The notes: generated by a model from the sequence alone, not told the origin. Positions 1 to 17,139 are shown, counted from the stretch's first letter. The stretch is DNA of 64,000 nucleotides from Chrysomallon squamiferum (GCA_012295275.1 CM022666.1:7068001-7132000), one strand, 5' to 3'. Program-made: numbers and translations.

Positions 1-164
1 TAACCTTCTTTAGGTCTCTATAGCACCCTGAGAATAAATAGTAAATTTTAACTGAATAAACAACTGGATTATACTCACTTGCTTTGTTTGTGATCTAATT
101 GCTTCATCATTAAATTAAAAACTGTTTTCTGTTCAGTTAGGTTTTTTAAGAAGTTTTATTCTAC

Positions 165-3397
<3,233 letters not shown>

Positions 3398-3696
3398 GAC
3401 TTCCTCTTATGTCTAAATCAATCACAATTTCTCAAAAATGCGACTAAGCAACGTTCTGAGTTTGTCAACAACGTGAGTCAAATATAATGGCGCTTGTTCG
3501 ACAGTACACAAGTCGTTGTCTTAAATAAGAGGAAGAAAGCGGAATTTTCTGGAATAACAGTTAATCTGATGTTAGTTTGTGGTAAATTCCTGCTATGTGG
3601 TGACATTCCTAAATATCCGAAAAGATGAGTATTTAAAATCAGAATATAAAAAAGAACTAAGAAAAAAAAAATTAATAATAAAAAAAAAAAAAAAAA

Positions 3697-3735
<39 letters not shown>

Positions 3736-4065
3736 AATAAAGATTACAAAAAAGAGAAGATATAATAATAATAATGTTAAAGTTGCATCGATTAATTATG
3801 TATGTATATACACATATGAAATACAAGCTCAAGATATTTCGTTATATTTTTTGTTTTTTATTTTTAAAAAACAATGTTTTGTCAAGAAACATATTCATTT
3901 TTTAATATTGTTTTGCTACTTAAAAGGCGTATTTTACCATATACATAATTTTGTGCTAATCATAAGTTTTAAATGTGAAAAATCTTCGCGAATTTTACAT
4001 TACCTCATATATTTACTTATGAAAAGTTAGAGGGGGAGAAAGAGAGATAGAGTGAGAGAGATAAC

Positions 4066-4175
<110 letters not shown>

Positions 4176-4513
4176 ATATATGACAGCATCCTGGTGTAGC
4201 CATTTTCCATACATTTGCACTGGCAGCTGTTCCTTGCTCTCTTTGGATTATGTGGATTACAACTTCTAAAATAACTATACAATACACTGGAAGTTTTTTT
4301 TTTTGTCTTTGTGTTTTGTTATAAATATTGTTTCAGTTATCGATAAGCCTTCTGCTCTGACCATGCAAGGGAACTGTCCAAGCTTCACAGATCAATGTGT
4401 TCGTGTTTTTGCTTCTACATATCTGTACTGACTGTTGTTAACATACACTAGCATATGCTTCAAATGATACTGCCATTACCGAAGAATATTACAACAGTTG
4501 TTAATTCGCAGCT

Positions 4514-4580
4514 ATGTGCTGTGCTTGTGGATGCACTAACTATAATCGAGACACTGCCCGTGTCCGAGGTGTAATATTAC

Positions 4581-4635
<55 letters not shown>

Positions 4636-4755
4636 GTAATAAATGAAACGATTAGAATGAATTTCAAGTCACTACTTGCCTGAAAAATTTATCGCCAGCA
4701 AGTCAAGCATTTGTGTAAAATGTTCCCCAAATTCATGTTCTGAAGGTTGCTTTAA
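4514..4755 (+). pseudogene. Decayed THAP zinc-finger domain fragment (probable transposon remnant) interrupted by (AAT)n
   Basis: ATG at 4514 gives MCCACGCTNYNRDTARVRGVIL (THAP N-terminal CxxxxCxN pattern); after the AAT run, LPEKFIASKSSIC and SEGCF resemble the degenerate THAP C-terminal half. Confidence 0.45.
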
Positions 4756-5466
4756 GAGTATAATGTGATGATCATCAAGAACATACAACCATGACGAATG
4801 GAGGAATTTGACTACAAATTTTAACAGCAGTGGACATTTAAGGGTTGGATGAAGCCAGAAAGATCCTCATATCAAATTAACATTTCGCTGGTGCCAGACT
4901 TATTCTTTCAGAAACCCATATATTTATATTAAAACGAATCTATGCTTAATTAATGCGAAAACAACTTGTTTTAATTCTGTGTTACAGCACACACTAATTG
5001 GTATATCAGTTAGATGTCACCAATTTTTGGAAACAAGTTTGTATTTTCTGGAGAACTCTTTTTTTTTTTTTTTTTTTTTTATCAATAACCTTTGACCTTA
5101 GTCCAGATGTATAGTTCTTTGAAGTAAACAAGTTGTCAGTTAATTCTCAGTATGTTATATAAAGACAACCTTCTTAATGCTTACGGGAGAAGAACAAGTC
5201 TTCTTCTCCTCGCAACATCAAAAACATCATTGAAATAGTTTCCGCTTTGTTTGCTCTCGTCTCGCGCATAATTCTTCGTAAAAACAGAAAGTGTTATAAA
5301 GTGACGTGAGGTCGTTTGTCGGAGCTTCGTCAAAATAAAATTCGTTATAAAGTTTTACGAGAAGTCGTCGAAGGAGTATTGTCAAACGTAAAGTCGTTGT
5401 AGAGTCTGACGACGAGAAGGTCGTAGAACGGAGCTTCGTCAAGCGGAATGTCGCTGTAGAGTAACG

Positions 5467-6545
5467 CAGTGGTTCTCAAACGTTTTGAAGTCGGGGCACA
5501 CGTGAAGCCTAAAAACCCCCAGTAATAACTGAAAGAAGGATATTGCGGCTGAATCGGTTGCGGAGCAGGCTGCCGAGGTTGTGTATTCTCATTGACTACA
5601 TCTATGTCAGATTCTTCATCATTTCGCGTATAAACGGTTCTCGTCTGAAATCTGTACCGTTTGTTTTTCTTCTGTGAGAGATGTTCACTGATATATTTAG
5701 AGTTACCACCCTTGTGTGAGAGATGTTCGCTGATATATTTAGAGTTACCAGTTTTGTGTGAGAAATGTTTACTGATATATTCAGAGTTACCGCCCTTGTG
5801 TGAGAGTTGTTCACTGATATATTTAGAGTTACCGCTCTTGTGTGAGAGATGTTCACTGATATATTTAGAATTACCGCCCTTGTGTGAGAGATGTTCACTG
5901 ATATATTTAGTTACCACTTTTGTGTGGGAGATTTTCACTGATATATTTAGAGTTACCGCCCTTGTGTGAGAGATGTTCACTGATATATTTAGAATTACCG
6001 CCCTTGTGTGAGAGATGTTCACTGATATATTTAGATTTACCGCCCTTGTGTGAGAGATGTTCACTGATATATTTAGATTTACCGCCCTTGTGTGAGAGAT
6101 GTTTATACTGATATATTTAGAGTTATTGTTCAGTGAAGGAAATCTTTCATCAACCGTTTGCTTTTAACAAATGTAACACTATAATAGGCTATAATTCCAT
6201 AAAGTATTAAAATTTTAGATGGGTAGTGACTCTGACAGAGATAGGAATATGTGTCACAAGAAATCTTTGGCTATTTATCACACTTGCACACCCTGTCACT
6301 CATACTGTCATGGTAAACTACTGCGCAGGCTCGAGCAGCCTCGCTTGCTCATCAGCCAAAACTCGTTTCGAAAGAGTTTATAATGTGTATAAAATCTTCT
6401 TCCGGGCAAACGGCTATTTCTTACTGGTTATCTTTCCTCTCTTAACATAATACATTTTTTATCATCACAAATATCTACCTATATCCTTGAACTTCGTGGG
6501 GCCACACCTAAGCATGTGCCCGGGCACACCCTTTGAGAACCATTG
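5467..6545. mobile_element. Non-autonomous hAT-type DNA transposon
   Basis: TIRs CAGTGGTTCTCAAA (from 5467) and TTTGAGAACCATTG (ending 6545); perfect 8-bp TSD GAGTAACG at 5459-5466 and 6546-6553; CGGG(G)CACAC subterminal motifs at both ends; no transposase ORF. Confidence 0.9.
5673..6125. repeat. 42-bp tandem repeat, about 11 copies, inside the hAT element
   Basis: Unit TGTGAGAGATGTTCACTGATATATTTAGAGTTACCGCCCTTG; produces 14-aa periodic spurious ORFs. Confidence 0.95.
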
Positions 6546-7224
6546 GAGTAACGAGAAGTCGTGCGGAGCAGAGGTGTTCGTTCGTTCGTTCTTGTTCGGA
6601 ACGTCGACAACCAAGGATAAATATTCTGGGATCTGTGAACTTTAACTTTTATATATTGAAAGTATAAAATAATTCCTGAACTCTGACTTTTGATAAGCTA
6701 ACATGAAATATCTTTCAGTAGATTGAACAAATAACATCTGATTATTCTTTGAATTCTGAACAGAATTTAGTTAGTTTTTCTTTACCTTTCAGTTTATAAA
6801 ATAAATGTTATTACATCTTTGTACTTGTTTTTCGGTTTTGGATATATGAATTCCAGTTAACCATTTAGTGGAATGGACCTTAAGTTAACTTTATATTGGG
6901 ATAACAACGCCTGAAATCCGAATAGTTTATTATTTTGTGATCGGACGATGTTTAATTATATTACCGACATTTACAATTTGATGTACTGAAAAGACAACTC
7001 CATTACAATATGCTGTAGAAGCTAGGCCATGTTATATCACACAGCGAAGATGCTGTAACAGATGCATTTCGTTTCTCAAGCATTTTCTTTTTGCTGCTTT
7101 TTATTCTTTAAAATTAGATAAACATAAACCACAATTATACTTTGTACTGATGTTTTACTGTTGTTACCTTTACTATGTGTATTTTTAAAAATAAAAAATA
7201 AATAAATAAATAAATAAATAAATT

Positions 7225-7680
7225 CAGTTATTCGAGGCATTTGTAATTGGTGTGAACAATTACAACAATGACAATAATCTGTGCAAGCAGGCAATTACAC
7301 AAGTAATATGGTAAAACAATTTGAAAAATGTAACACTATAGTTTGAAGCCTATATATTGTTTTGTTAACTCGTTATTTGTTGTCTACAAGTTGTGGAATT
7401 TCTCATTTTGTTTGGCAAAACAAAGAAAGAAAAAAAGCATAATATTTTTCTAATTCAAAGTATGTGTTATGGTATTATTCTAATTCAAAGTATGTGTTAT
7501 ATTTACAACATTTGTATATACCTCTTAAAGTTAAAGCAATCGGAACCGAGGTGGTGATTACATATGAAGTAATTGTAAGTTCTAATAGATTACCTATATT
7601 TCACTGAGTAACCGTACTCATACATTTTCAGAGTAATCGTAAAGTACCGGTAATTTGCAATGTAATCGCTCCATTACTTG
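7225..7680. repeat. Degenerate GTAAT/ATTAC-rich interspersed repeat (MITE-like)
   Basis: Clustered GTAATTG/GTAATCG/GATTAC motifs; ends not resolved. Confidence 0.3.
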
Positions 7681-8550
7681 TTTATATGTACTATTATTAA
7701 TAGCCTGTTAATGTGAATGTTTTAACGAACTATAGTGCGCATAGACATATTTAATTAATCTTTTTAATATTTTCAGATCAGCTAATTGCAGCAAACCTCT
7801 ACTGGCATCAAGATTACCGAAAATCATAAAAAAGGGGGAAAAAAAAAAAAAGAAAAAGTCTCTTCTACAAGGCTATAAAAAAACTGAGTGTGCAGACCAA
7901 TGGTATTGCCTAAAACGATAGATGCAGACGACAAGATAGTTTCGATCGCCAGAGACTCTTGTTCTTATTTCAACCAAAACGCAAAAGTTACGTTTATTGC
8001 ATTCGATATTCATGTACGTATTCTCTTCAGTGGGCGTACATTATAGCTTTTGAAAATAGGTTTATATATGTAAATTCTAAATTAGAACAATATATATCGT
8101 TTACAGAATTATCTAAAGTATTCTAGTCGACTACAAAACAACGTATTGTAATTTCTGTGTATCCTAATTTAGTAATTATATTTTAATTTCAGGAACGTTA
8201 CTTCTGACTATAATTTAAAATGCTGGTAATTTCACTTTATTTCATTTTTGTTTGCTAGTTTAACGAATCCAAGAGCTGAAGAGGATATCCGATAATGATT
8301 TCATGTATAAATAGTTAACAATGCATGACATCCATTACAAAGTAAATAATAACTAATAAGTAAGTCATTTAAAAAAAAAAAAAAATGTACACAATTTCAT
8401 TTGTTATGATTCATTGAATGTCGGTAATATACAAGACAGAAGCTAAAACAAAATAATGATTTACTGAATGAGACACAAAATATTTCGTACTTCATTCAGA
8501 ATGCTTTATTTTTATGGATGGTGCTTTATTCATTTCTTTATTTCTATATG

Positions 8551-8610
<60 letters not shown>

Positions 8611-8683
8611 GTTATTATTTTCATCAGATAATGACCTAGATCGAGTCACATTAATTTGAACAACTAACACATTATTTCCCATA

Positions 8684-8854
8684 ATGGCTGACGGAGATTT
8701 AGAAAACAAAGATAGTAAATTACTGAAAACAGCTGGAGATGGAATATTTGGTGGAGAATATGAAAATAGAAATGGAAAAGGAAATACACTTGTATATGAC
8801 AGTAAAGAGGTAAGATTTTCTATAATGTATTCACACACATACACACATACACAC

Positions 8855-8893
<39 letters not shown>

Positions 8894-11800
8894 AGCACTT
8901 GCACACCATATACACATACATACACTAGATACTTTTCATGATTATTTTCTGTTTTTCCAAAACAGTTAAGAAGGATTTATTTATATTGTTATTTTGTTAT
9001 TTATTAATTTTAATGCCTGTAAGGATAAATTACTTACATAATTCATTCTTGATGAAGGAATATATTTTTGACTTTCATTGTCACATGTGAAACTTTAATT
9101 TCTGATTATTTGATGTAATCCTTTTTTGTCCTTCTCACTTTATATCATTTATTGTTATTCATTTATTAATCTTAAGAATGTTAAAAATGCCATGATATTT
9201 ACAGTTTAATAAATCATTGAAACCATTTTACACTGTTTTGTTTTAAGGAAGACAGTTTAACAAGAGATGATCAAAAGACTAATGCTGCAAATGATGCTGA
9301 CACTGTAGATGCTGCTGCTGCTACTGAAGAACAGTATCCTATTGATAGAGGCTGGGCTTGGATGATTGTCATTGGTAAATTTAAAAAAGAAGAGTATATA
9401 TAAATATATATAAATAATTGATCAGTTTTAATTATTGTTTAAAAACCTTGTAACACATTTCTGTGTTAATGAATGTGCATTTGTAGTGGCATTTTTTTCT
9501 TTTACAAGTTCTGCAGTATAGACAATTGATTCATTAAACAGCAGAACAGAAAAAGAATATCATATGAATCTTTGATTTACCAGTCACTGTAATAATGTTT
9601 CTTCAAATAATGTCTAATAGAGAAAAAAAAACATAACAGTTATTATAGATTGTATGATTTGCTTACCGTATCTGTCAATATTATTTCATATCATCTATTT
9701 TATTTATTTATAATTATATTTTTTTTAATTTAGGTTGTTTTGGAATGCATATTCTTGCTGTCGGAGGTATAAAATCATTTGGTGTTCTGTTTGTTGAGTT
9801 CGAAAGTAAATACAAGACATCATCAAAGGCTTTGGCTGGAGTCCAAGCAGTAGCAGCTACACTGATGTTGGCACTTGGTCAGTTTTGAAATTTCTTAATT
9901 TTTTGATTTTATTACTGGATAGGTCTTGTAATTTTATGGGTGCTGCATCTGTTTCATAACCTGGTGTTTATTGTAACTTGATGTATATTGTAAGTCAGTA
10001 TGTTACAAAATGTATGCATATTGCTTTTTTTATTTGGAGACTTTTACAATTCAGTAGATGTTTATATTTTTGAAATATATATTTTTAAAACTAATTTTGT
10101 TTTTTATTTTTTTAATAAGGTATGTCAACATGTAAACTGTTGTTACTTGGTTATATTTAGGACCTGTATCCAATGCACTGGCATCTAGGTACACATGTAG
10201 GGTGGTGGTAATGTGTGGAGGATTGCTGACCTGCGGAGGCTTTGTTTGTTCAGCTTTCATTCCATCATTTAAATGGTTGTTTGTTACTTATGGACTTATG
10301 GGAGGTAGGTAGCCTTTCTGAAATAACTGTAAAATATGGTACTTTCTAGAAGATTTGAACATTTATATGATGGGTAACTTGGGAGTAGAATTATTAATAT
10401 TTTAATGGTTATTAAGTATTGAAGATGCATTCAGTGTTAAATGAAAAAATTGTTTTTAAATTATTATTTTTTAAACTTTATAATACATGCTATTCAAATA
10501 TTTAATTATTGCATTATTTTATCTTTCACAGGCATTGGATTTAGCCTGAGCTATGCCCCTTGTGTAGTCATGGTTGGACATCATTTTAAAAAGAGGCGAT
10601 CACTGGCTAATGGAATTTCCGTTTCTGGAAGTGGTGTTGGTGGTTTTGCTTTACCCAATCTAATGAGGTTTCTGCTAGATCACTATGGACTTATGGGAGC
10701 CTTGATTATAATTGGTGGCCTCATGTTGAATATTTGTGTATTTGCATGTCTTTTTAGACCTCTTTCCAGTTACCGAAGGACTAGCAAGAAATCCAGTAAG
10801 ACTATTCCAGAGGATAATATAGTTAAAAATCCTGTTATGGCTGAATCTGATGCTTCAGAATCCAAAATGTTTGTTCAGAAGATTCCTGAAAAAATAAGCC
10901 TGCTAGCGACAAAAAGAAGATATTTTTCTCAGGACGGCCCCAACGTGCCTGATGGCGATTCATCAATAGATAGGAAGAAACGTCTGCAGAAGTTTTTTTC
11001 TGTGGACAATAATCATCCACCAGGAAGTGACTCACCAGTGCAGCATCACAGAATGAGACTAATCTCACAAACTGAATTTCAAAGTGAGACATCTCTGTAT
11101 GCCAGTTCTGGTGATTTGGTTCTCGCTTCTTTTCAGAACATACCAGAAGTTGAGAGTATCACATCTGTAGAGGAGCCACAAAATGTGTGTTGTTCTTTTT
11201 TCAGGTTGTCTACAAAAACTGGCAAAACAAAGGCCAGTGTTCCTCTCTTTAACTTTTCTCTGTTGTTGAACCCATTGTTTTTAATTTATTTGTTTTCAGT
11301 AATGTTCGCTAACTGTGGTTATCCAAATATTTTTATGATGTTACCATCATATGCAGAAATTGAATACAAAACGGACAAGAAAATGGCTGCCTTGCTTCTC
11401 TCAATCATCGGATTATCTGATTTAGCTGGTCGTCTTTTCTTTGGCTGGTTTTCTGATCTCAAGCTGATTCCAAGGAGATATATCTTTATGACAAGTATGG
11501 CCATAAGTGGAATACTGCAGATCATTTTACCATTTGTGAAGAAAAAGGAAATGTTGATATTTTTTTGCAGTTCATTTGGATTTTTCGCAGGGCTTATGTT
11601 GCACTTATTGCAGTCGTTCTTGTAGATGTATTAGGAGTGGAGATGTTGTCCAGTGCCTTTGGTTGGGTCACTCTGTCCATGTCTGTAGGTCTTGCTGGTG
11701 GACCACCTCTTGTTGGTAAGTAGAAAAATTCTTGTATAACATTTCAGTTTTAATAAACAGAGTATAATCTTTAGAAGTACATAACCAGATAATTTGTAAT

Positions 11801-12499
11801 CTGGGACAGCCAAATGTAATTCATCAGACTATTCCAATCATTATGCTCATTATCATGATATATTTGCATTCAGAAACTTTATTGCTAAAGAACATAAACT
11901 GATGTCCCTGATGTATTAATTCATTTGAAAGTGTCAAAAATTCTACTTTCGCTGTCATACATTTTCACTTTTCCAACTGGAATGTCATCACATAACAATA
12001 ACCACTCGTTGTGTCTCAAAATGGTAAACAGACTTTATGATGTTACTAGACCAGATTGCCTATGTTCACAGAAAAAAAAATCTTTCTTATACTACATTGA
12101 AGCTTACAGTCTTTTATATATTCAGGTGATGTGAACATTGAGGGGAAAATGTTTATTTAATTATAAAAATTGGCATTGCTTGTGAAGAAGAAGAAAAAAA
12201 TAATACCTTTTTGTTTACTTCTTCTGTGATACAGATATGTTTGAATAAAACGTGTATTCAGTTTTAGTTACCTTCATCATCTATCCTTTCAACAAATTTT
12301 AATATTTCATTTCATATTTGTTTCAGGGGCTCTGCGTGATATGACCAGTTCCTGGGGTCTGTCATTTATTGTTATTGGAATTTTGACCGTCATAGGATCC
12401 ATTATAGTTGCACATGAACCTCTTGTTAGAATATGGGTGGAGAAAAAATTGGAAAAGAAGAAAAATAATGCAGAAAATATTAAAATGACTGATCTATAA
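8684..12499 (+). CDS. Monocarboxylate transporter (SLC16/MCT family, MFS); apparent 1-nt deletion at 11590-11592
   Basis: Exons 8684-8809, 9248-9374, 9734-9877, 10161-10304, 10532-11715, 12327-12499. MCT signatures PIDRGWAW, HFKKRRSLANGISVSGSGVG, GPPLVGALRD. Adding one G to GGG at 11590 restores FFAGAYVALIAVVLVDVLG. Paralog cannot be assigned. Confidence 0.93.
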
Positions 12500-15400
12500 G
12501 GCAGACTTATGAATTATTTGAGAAACAAATTAGATATGTTCAGTATGTGTGTATACACACATATACAGGTGTGTGAGAGAATGAATGAATACATATCTAT
12601 AGGAAAATATTGACGTTAGGGCCACTTAATTAGGATCATTGGTATAATATGAGTTGGTTTTTGTTTTTGTTTTTTATTTGGCAGTTAATATTCATTTATT
12701 AATGTTTAAATCTTAATTATTTACATTCATTAATGTGGAAGATATTCCATGACTTTCACTAAGGATGCTTATAAACTAAATATGCATTTTGATATATTGA
12801 TAGGGTTATTTTATGTTGTGATATGTTGTAATTTATTCGTTAATTTTTTGAGATTCTAATGGAGGTTTTCTATATAATATACATGACATGACATTTAATT
12901 CGACGGTGACATTTTCTGTTAGCACTTTCCTTTTTTTTTCAGGCAAGATATTTATTTTAGATAATTATACATTCTTGATAACTGTTTTGTTTGTTTTGTT
13001 GTTGATATTTTATTTTAATGATTTAATAATGGTATTTGTAAATTTCATAAATTTATAAAGAATCATTTCATTGCAATTAGTCCTCTATATTCTTTTACAA
13101 TTTTTATTGTAACTTTATTTTATTTTTTCTGTAACCTTTTTCATAAGACAATCTAGTCAGATTAAACAATGATGAAACAGCGAAAGAAAGTCAAAGTTTT
13201 ACTATGCCAAGATTTCAGATGTATATGTTAATTGTATCATTCTGTCATAGGTATATTATCTTACTGAAATTTTATATTGAAACGGTTTTTAAAATCAAAA
13301 GGTATTTACAGATACATTTACATTATTTTATAACTTTATAATTATAAACTTTATTTTCTAACTATTATAGCCTGTTAGATAGCAACAGTTTTTAAACATT
13401 TTAAGTTTTATAAAACAGTATGCATTTTTTTATATTCATTTATATTAATATTCTTGTTCATTTGAAACTGTTACATTTATACAAATGTTTTTATTTTACT
13501 TTTATAATCAATGTATTTGTCATTTTCTTTTTTAATAAAAGAAATATCTGAAAGTATTAAAGGTTTTGTTATATGGTTTACGTTTATATTTCATTTCACA
13601 AACTGAAAGATTTGTAACTCATGTCCAGGTATTTACAGAATATAAGATTAGTCATTGTTATTGCTTCCACTATCATTACCTTTAAAATGTAATACCAGTT
13701 TTTGATGATAATGGGTATGAAGCCATTTTCTCCTTTGCATTTATTTGAGACTTCAGAAAATTTAAAAAAAAAAAATATAGTTTTACTCATGAAATTTAAA
13801 AAAAATTAAAAGAAGAATGATATAAAACCTGCCTATTTGATCACAATACTGAACATTAAAAACCCATTGACTTTTCAGTAATATAAAAAATATTTTTTTA
13901 TTCATGTTTATAATATTATCTCAACTTGTGAAAGCTGAGACTTATTTTATGAATTTTAAAAAAATTATATTGGAACCTTTTGTAAAATAAAAATAAATTC
14001 TTCAAAAATGTTTTTACATATAATAGTAATATATATCTCTTCTAAAAATATTACGAAAGTTTTTGTCAAATGAAATTTTCAAATAAACATATAGCTTGTT
14101 TTTGCTAAATTAAAATTTTATTTAAAATGAATGCATCGTAAACTGAAAGTGACTGAACATTTGTTACATTTTTATAAGCTTTATTTTTATTTTTGTTAAA
14201 TTTTATTTTGTGCAAGTCTTTTAAAACAAGTTAATGATACACTCAATACTTACCTGTTTTGAAAAAACAACTTAAAAACAAGTCACATTTGTTCATACAT
14301 ACAACTGTTTATTGCCAACTACCATGTTTATACATTAAAACAACACACAATGGACCTGCAATGTAGACACTGGCATGTAAATACTCCAACATCTCCACGA
14401 CAGCTAATAAGTCCCAACAATGAATCATCATAGACAATTTTTTTAAAATTTCAATTTCCTAATCTGAAAACTTTTGAGATTCTGTTTTACTTTTTCTTTT
14501 TTTTTTTTATACTGGCTAGTTATTAATTTATTTAAATTTGAATATTTTGTTTATTTTATACATTTTTTGTTTTATATTTAATTTTTGAATTTTAAAGTTA
14601 ATTTTTCATACATTAATTTAATATTACTATTTAATGTCTGCTCAAGAAACAACATTTATTTCAGGTTAAATATTTCATACCTTTTAAAATTGAAATTAAA
14701 AGGGCACTTTTTTTATTTTATTAACTCACTCTGTTAACATCTTCTTTATTATATTGACTAAAATTCTCCAAAAACAAATCAGCATTACACATTTTACCCA
14801 CCACCATAAAACATAACCATTTTCAACAAATATTTTTTAAACTTAAAAAAGAAATTTTAAAAAATCCCAGAGCAATTGGAAAAAAAAAAAAAAAAAAAAT
14901 GTTATGATTCATTGTTTTTCATCTTTAGTTTTATGGAAAATGTTATCACTCACACACACAATACAGTGAATGAAAAATAAAATTTCACATTTTTTTTTTC
15001 TTTTTTTTTCTCAGTATTCTTGTCTGAATGTAACATATGCACAGAATACATTTACACATGGCAAATCTTGAAAACATTCATTCAAATATAGCCTACTCTT
15101 AAAAAGGGCAAAGCTAATTATAATTATAACTGCAGCTGAACTCACAGTTGTCTCCCTTAGTCTTATGTTGTATATCCCTCCTCACATAAGAGCATCAACA
15201 GTAAATTTATGGGCAGCAGAACTGTTGTCATTTCTTAGGATCACAGTATAATTATGTAGGCCTTTTAGGTGTTTGAAAAAAGGTAACGGTTCTGGTTATA
15301 ACAAGAAATTAAGGAAATTATTTATTTAGATTTTTCTAAGTTAAAGATGTACATTATAAAATTAGGTTTTATGAATCTGTCTTATAGTATGTCTTATTTT

Positions 15401-17139
15401 TTTGTTACGGTAATGAGTGACTTATGTGTATAGATGCTGAATCAAAGCAAAAAATATTCTATTTATATTTTCATGTTAAATCTAAAAGAAAAAAAAAAAA
15501 AAAAAAGAAAATGGCAGCTTTCATGAAATAGCTTTGTTACATTTTTCTTCTACTAATTTTTATATCAGTAAAACAAGTGATCATATTATCATCCTTGCTC
15601 AAAACCAGAACCGATGCTTTTTAAAAATAAACTGGCATCACAGATGATTATTGTGAAATAAATTTTAATTTCCCAATTTTAAAATGCATTCATGACATAA
15701 TTTTAATTATACATATTTTCTTGCTAATTACAAAACAGTTATAATAATCATAAAACAATGAAAAGAAAAATTCTAAACAATAGTATACACTGATCCCAAT
15801 AATAAAAAAAAGTCAACAGGAAGGATTAATAATGAACAGCTGCACTAAATATTATTGGAGTTAATATAAGCTATAGAATTTTTCACTTTACATACAAAAG
15901 TTAATATCTACAGAATGGTCTCCCAACCACCAGTTATACCTCTCATATAAAAAATAAAATAAAAGTAAAAAAAAAGTAATAAATGATTGGCAGTAGCTTG
16001 AAATATGAAATTTTATTAAAATGATTTTTATTTTAATCTTTTTAATCAGAATTTGATAAAGTACTAATTTCGGTCCTGTATTTCAGACATTTCCATTAAA
16101 AACTCAGTTTGTGTTAAATAATCAAATTTTATTTCTATTAAAATTCTTAAATGGATTTGAACCAGGGTCCTCTAAGCTCTATTGTTCCTTGTATAAGAAA
16201 ATTTTCGCTAGCTAAAAATAATACCCACTAAATACAATAAATAAAATCGGCAAGGAATTTCACGTTTTTATTAAACAAACCACTGCCAGTGTTGTTTATG
16301 TAACAAGGTTGTGTGAAATACATGACCGTTTTGTGCAACACGTTTCTGATAAAAATATATTACTATTGTATAACAATAACAATATCATTTCTCTTCTAGA
16401 TTCATTTTCCAGTATTCCCCAAACCAGGTCTTTTTCTACTGTAACTAAGTGTGTAACATGCTGAATATTAAAAAGGAAATTTTCTAGATGGATGTTGTTT
16501 TTGTTTCTTGAAGTAATGATAATAATAACCACTGCCATTATAACTTGAATTACACTCTTTAAATGTTACCAAACAAAAACTGTTTTAATTAATGTAACTA
16601 ATGTTTCAAGGATTTCAAATTTCTGTCTTCATTGGCAATGTTGTTAAAGAGACAAAACAGGACTGAATGTCAATAAATTTGTGACTCTTTAATTTTTAAT
16701 TTAAACAAAAATTAAACTGTCTGCGTGAATATACACTGGACATATCTCCTTATTTGAAAGCAAACATTAAATCCAAAACATATTTTTAAATGATTGAATT
16801 AGCCATATTGAGAAAAGAGTATGCTAAAAAAAAAAAAACAACCAACTTTTTCTATCAAGGCAGAACACTGATATTTTGATGGAAATATGGAAAAAGATCA
16901 GAAGATAAAATAACATGTCATAATTTTTTTTTTTAAAACAATGATTTACTAAGAATACAAAACAACAACTGTGATAAGATAATATAGATATATATATATA
17001 TATATATGTAACACATTGAATAAAACTTGTATGATATCATGCAGTTACAACAGTGAATTGTCTTCATTTAATCGGTGCTTGTTTTGTGGTACAGTCGTCC
17101 ATGGCACAAGAAAATGGTCACACGTACTTTTTCAAATGG

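Noticed and set aside
5345-6111. 239-aa and overlapping periodic ORFs
   Set aside because: Artefacts of the 42-bp (multiple of 3) satellite inside a non-autonomous element.
8631-8639. Minimal uORF ATG ACC TAG upstream of the MCT start
   Set aside because: Common by chance in AT-rich leaders; no further support.
11575-11600. Programmed -1 frameshift in the MCT gene
   Set aside because: No canonical X XXY YYZ heptamer; slipping at the T run would give FFRRAY inside a membrane helix; homopolymer error is simpler.
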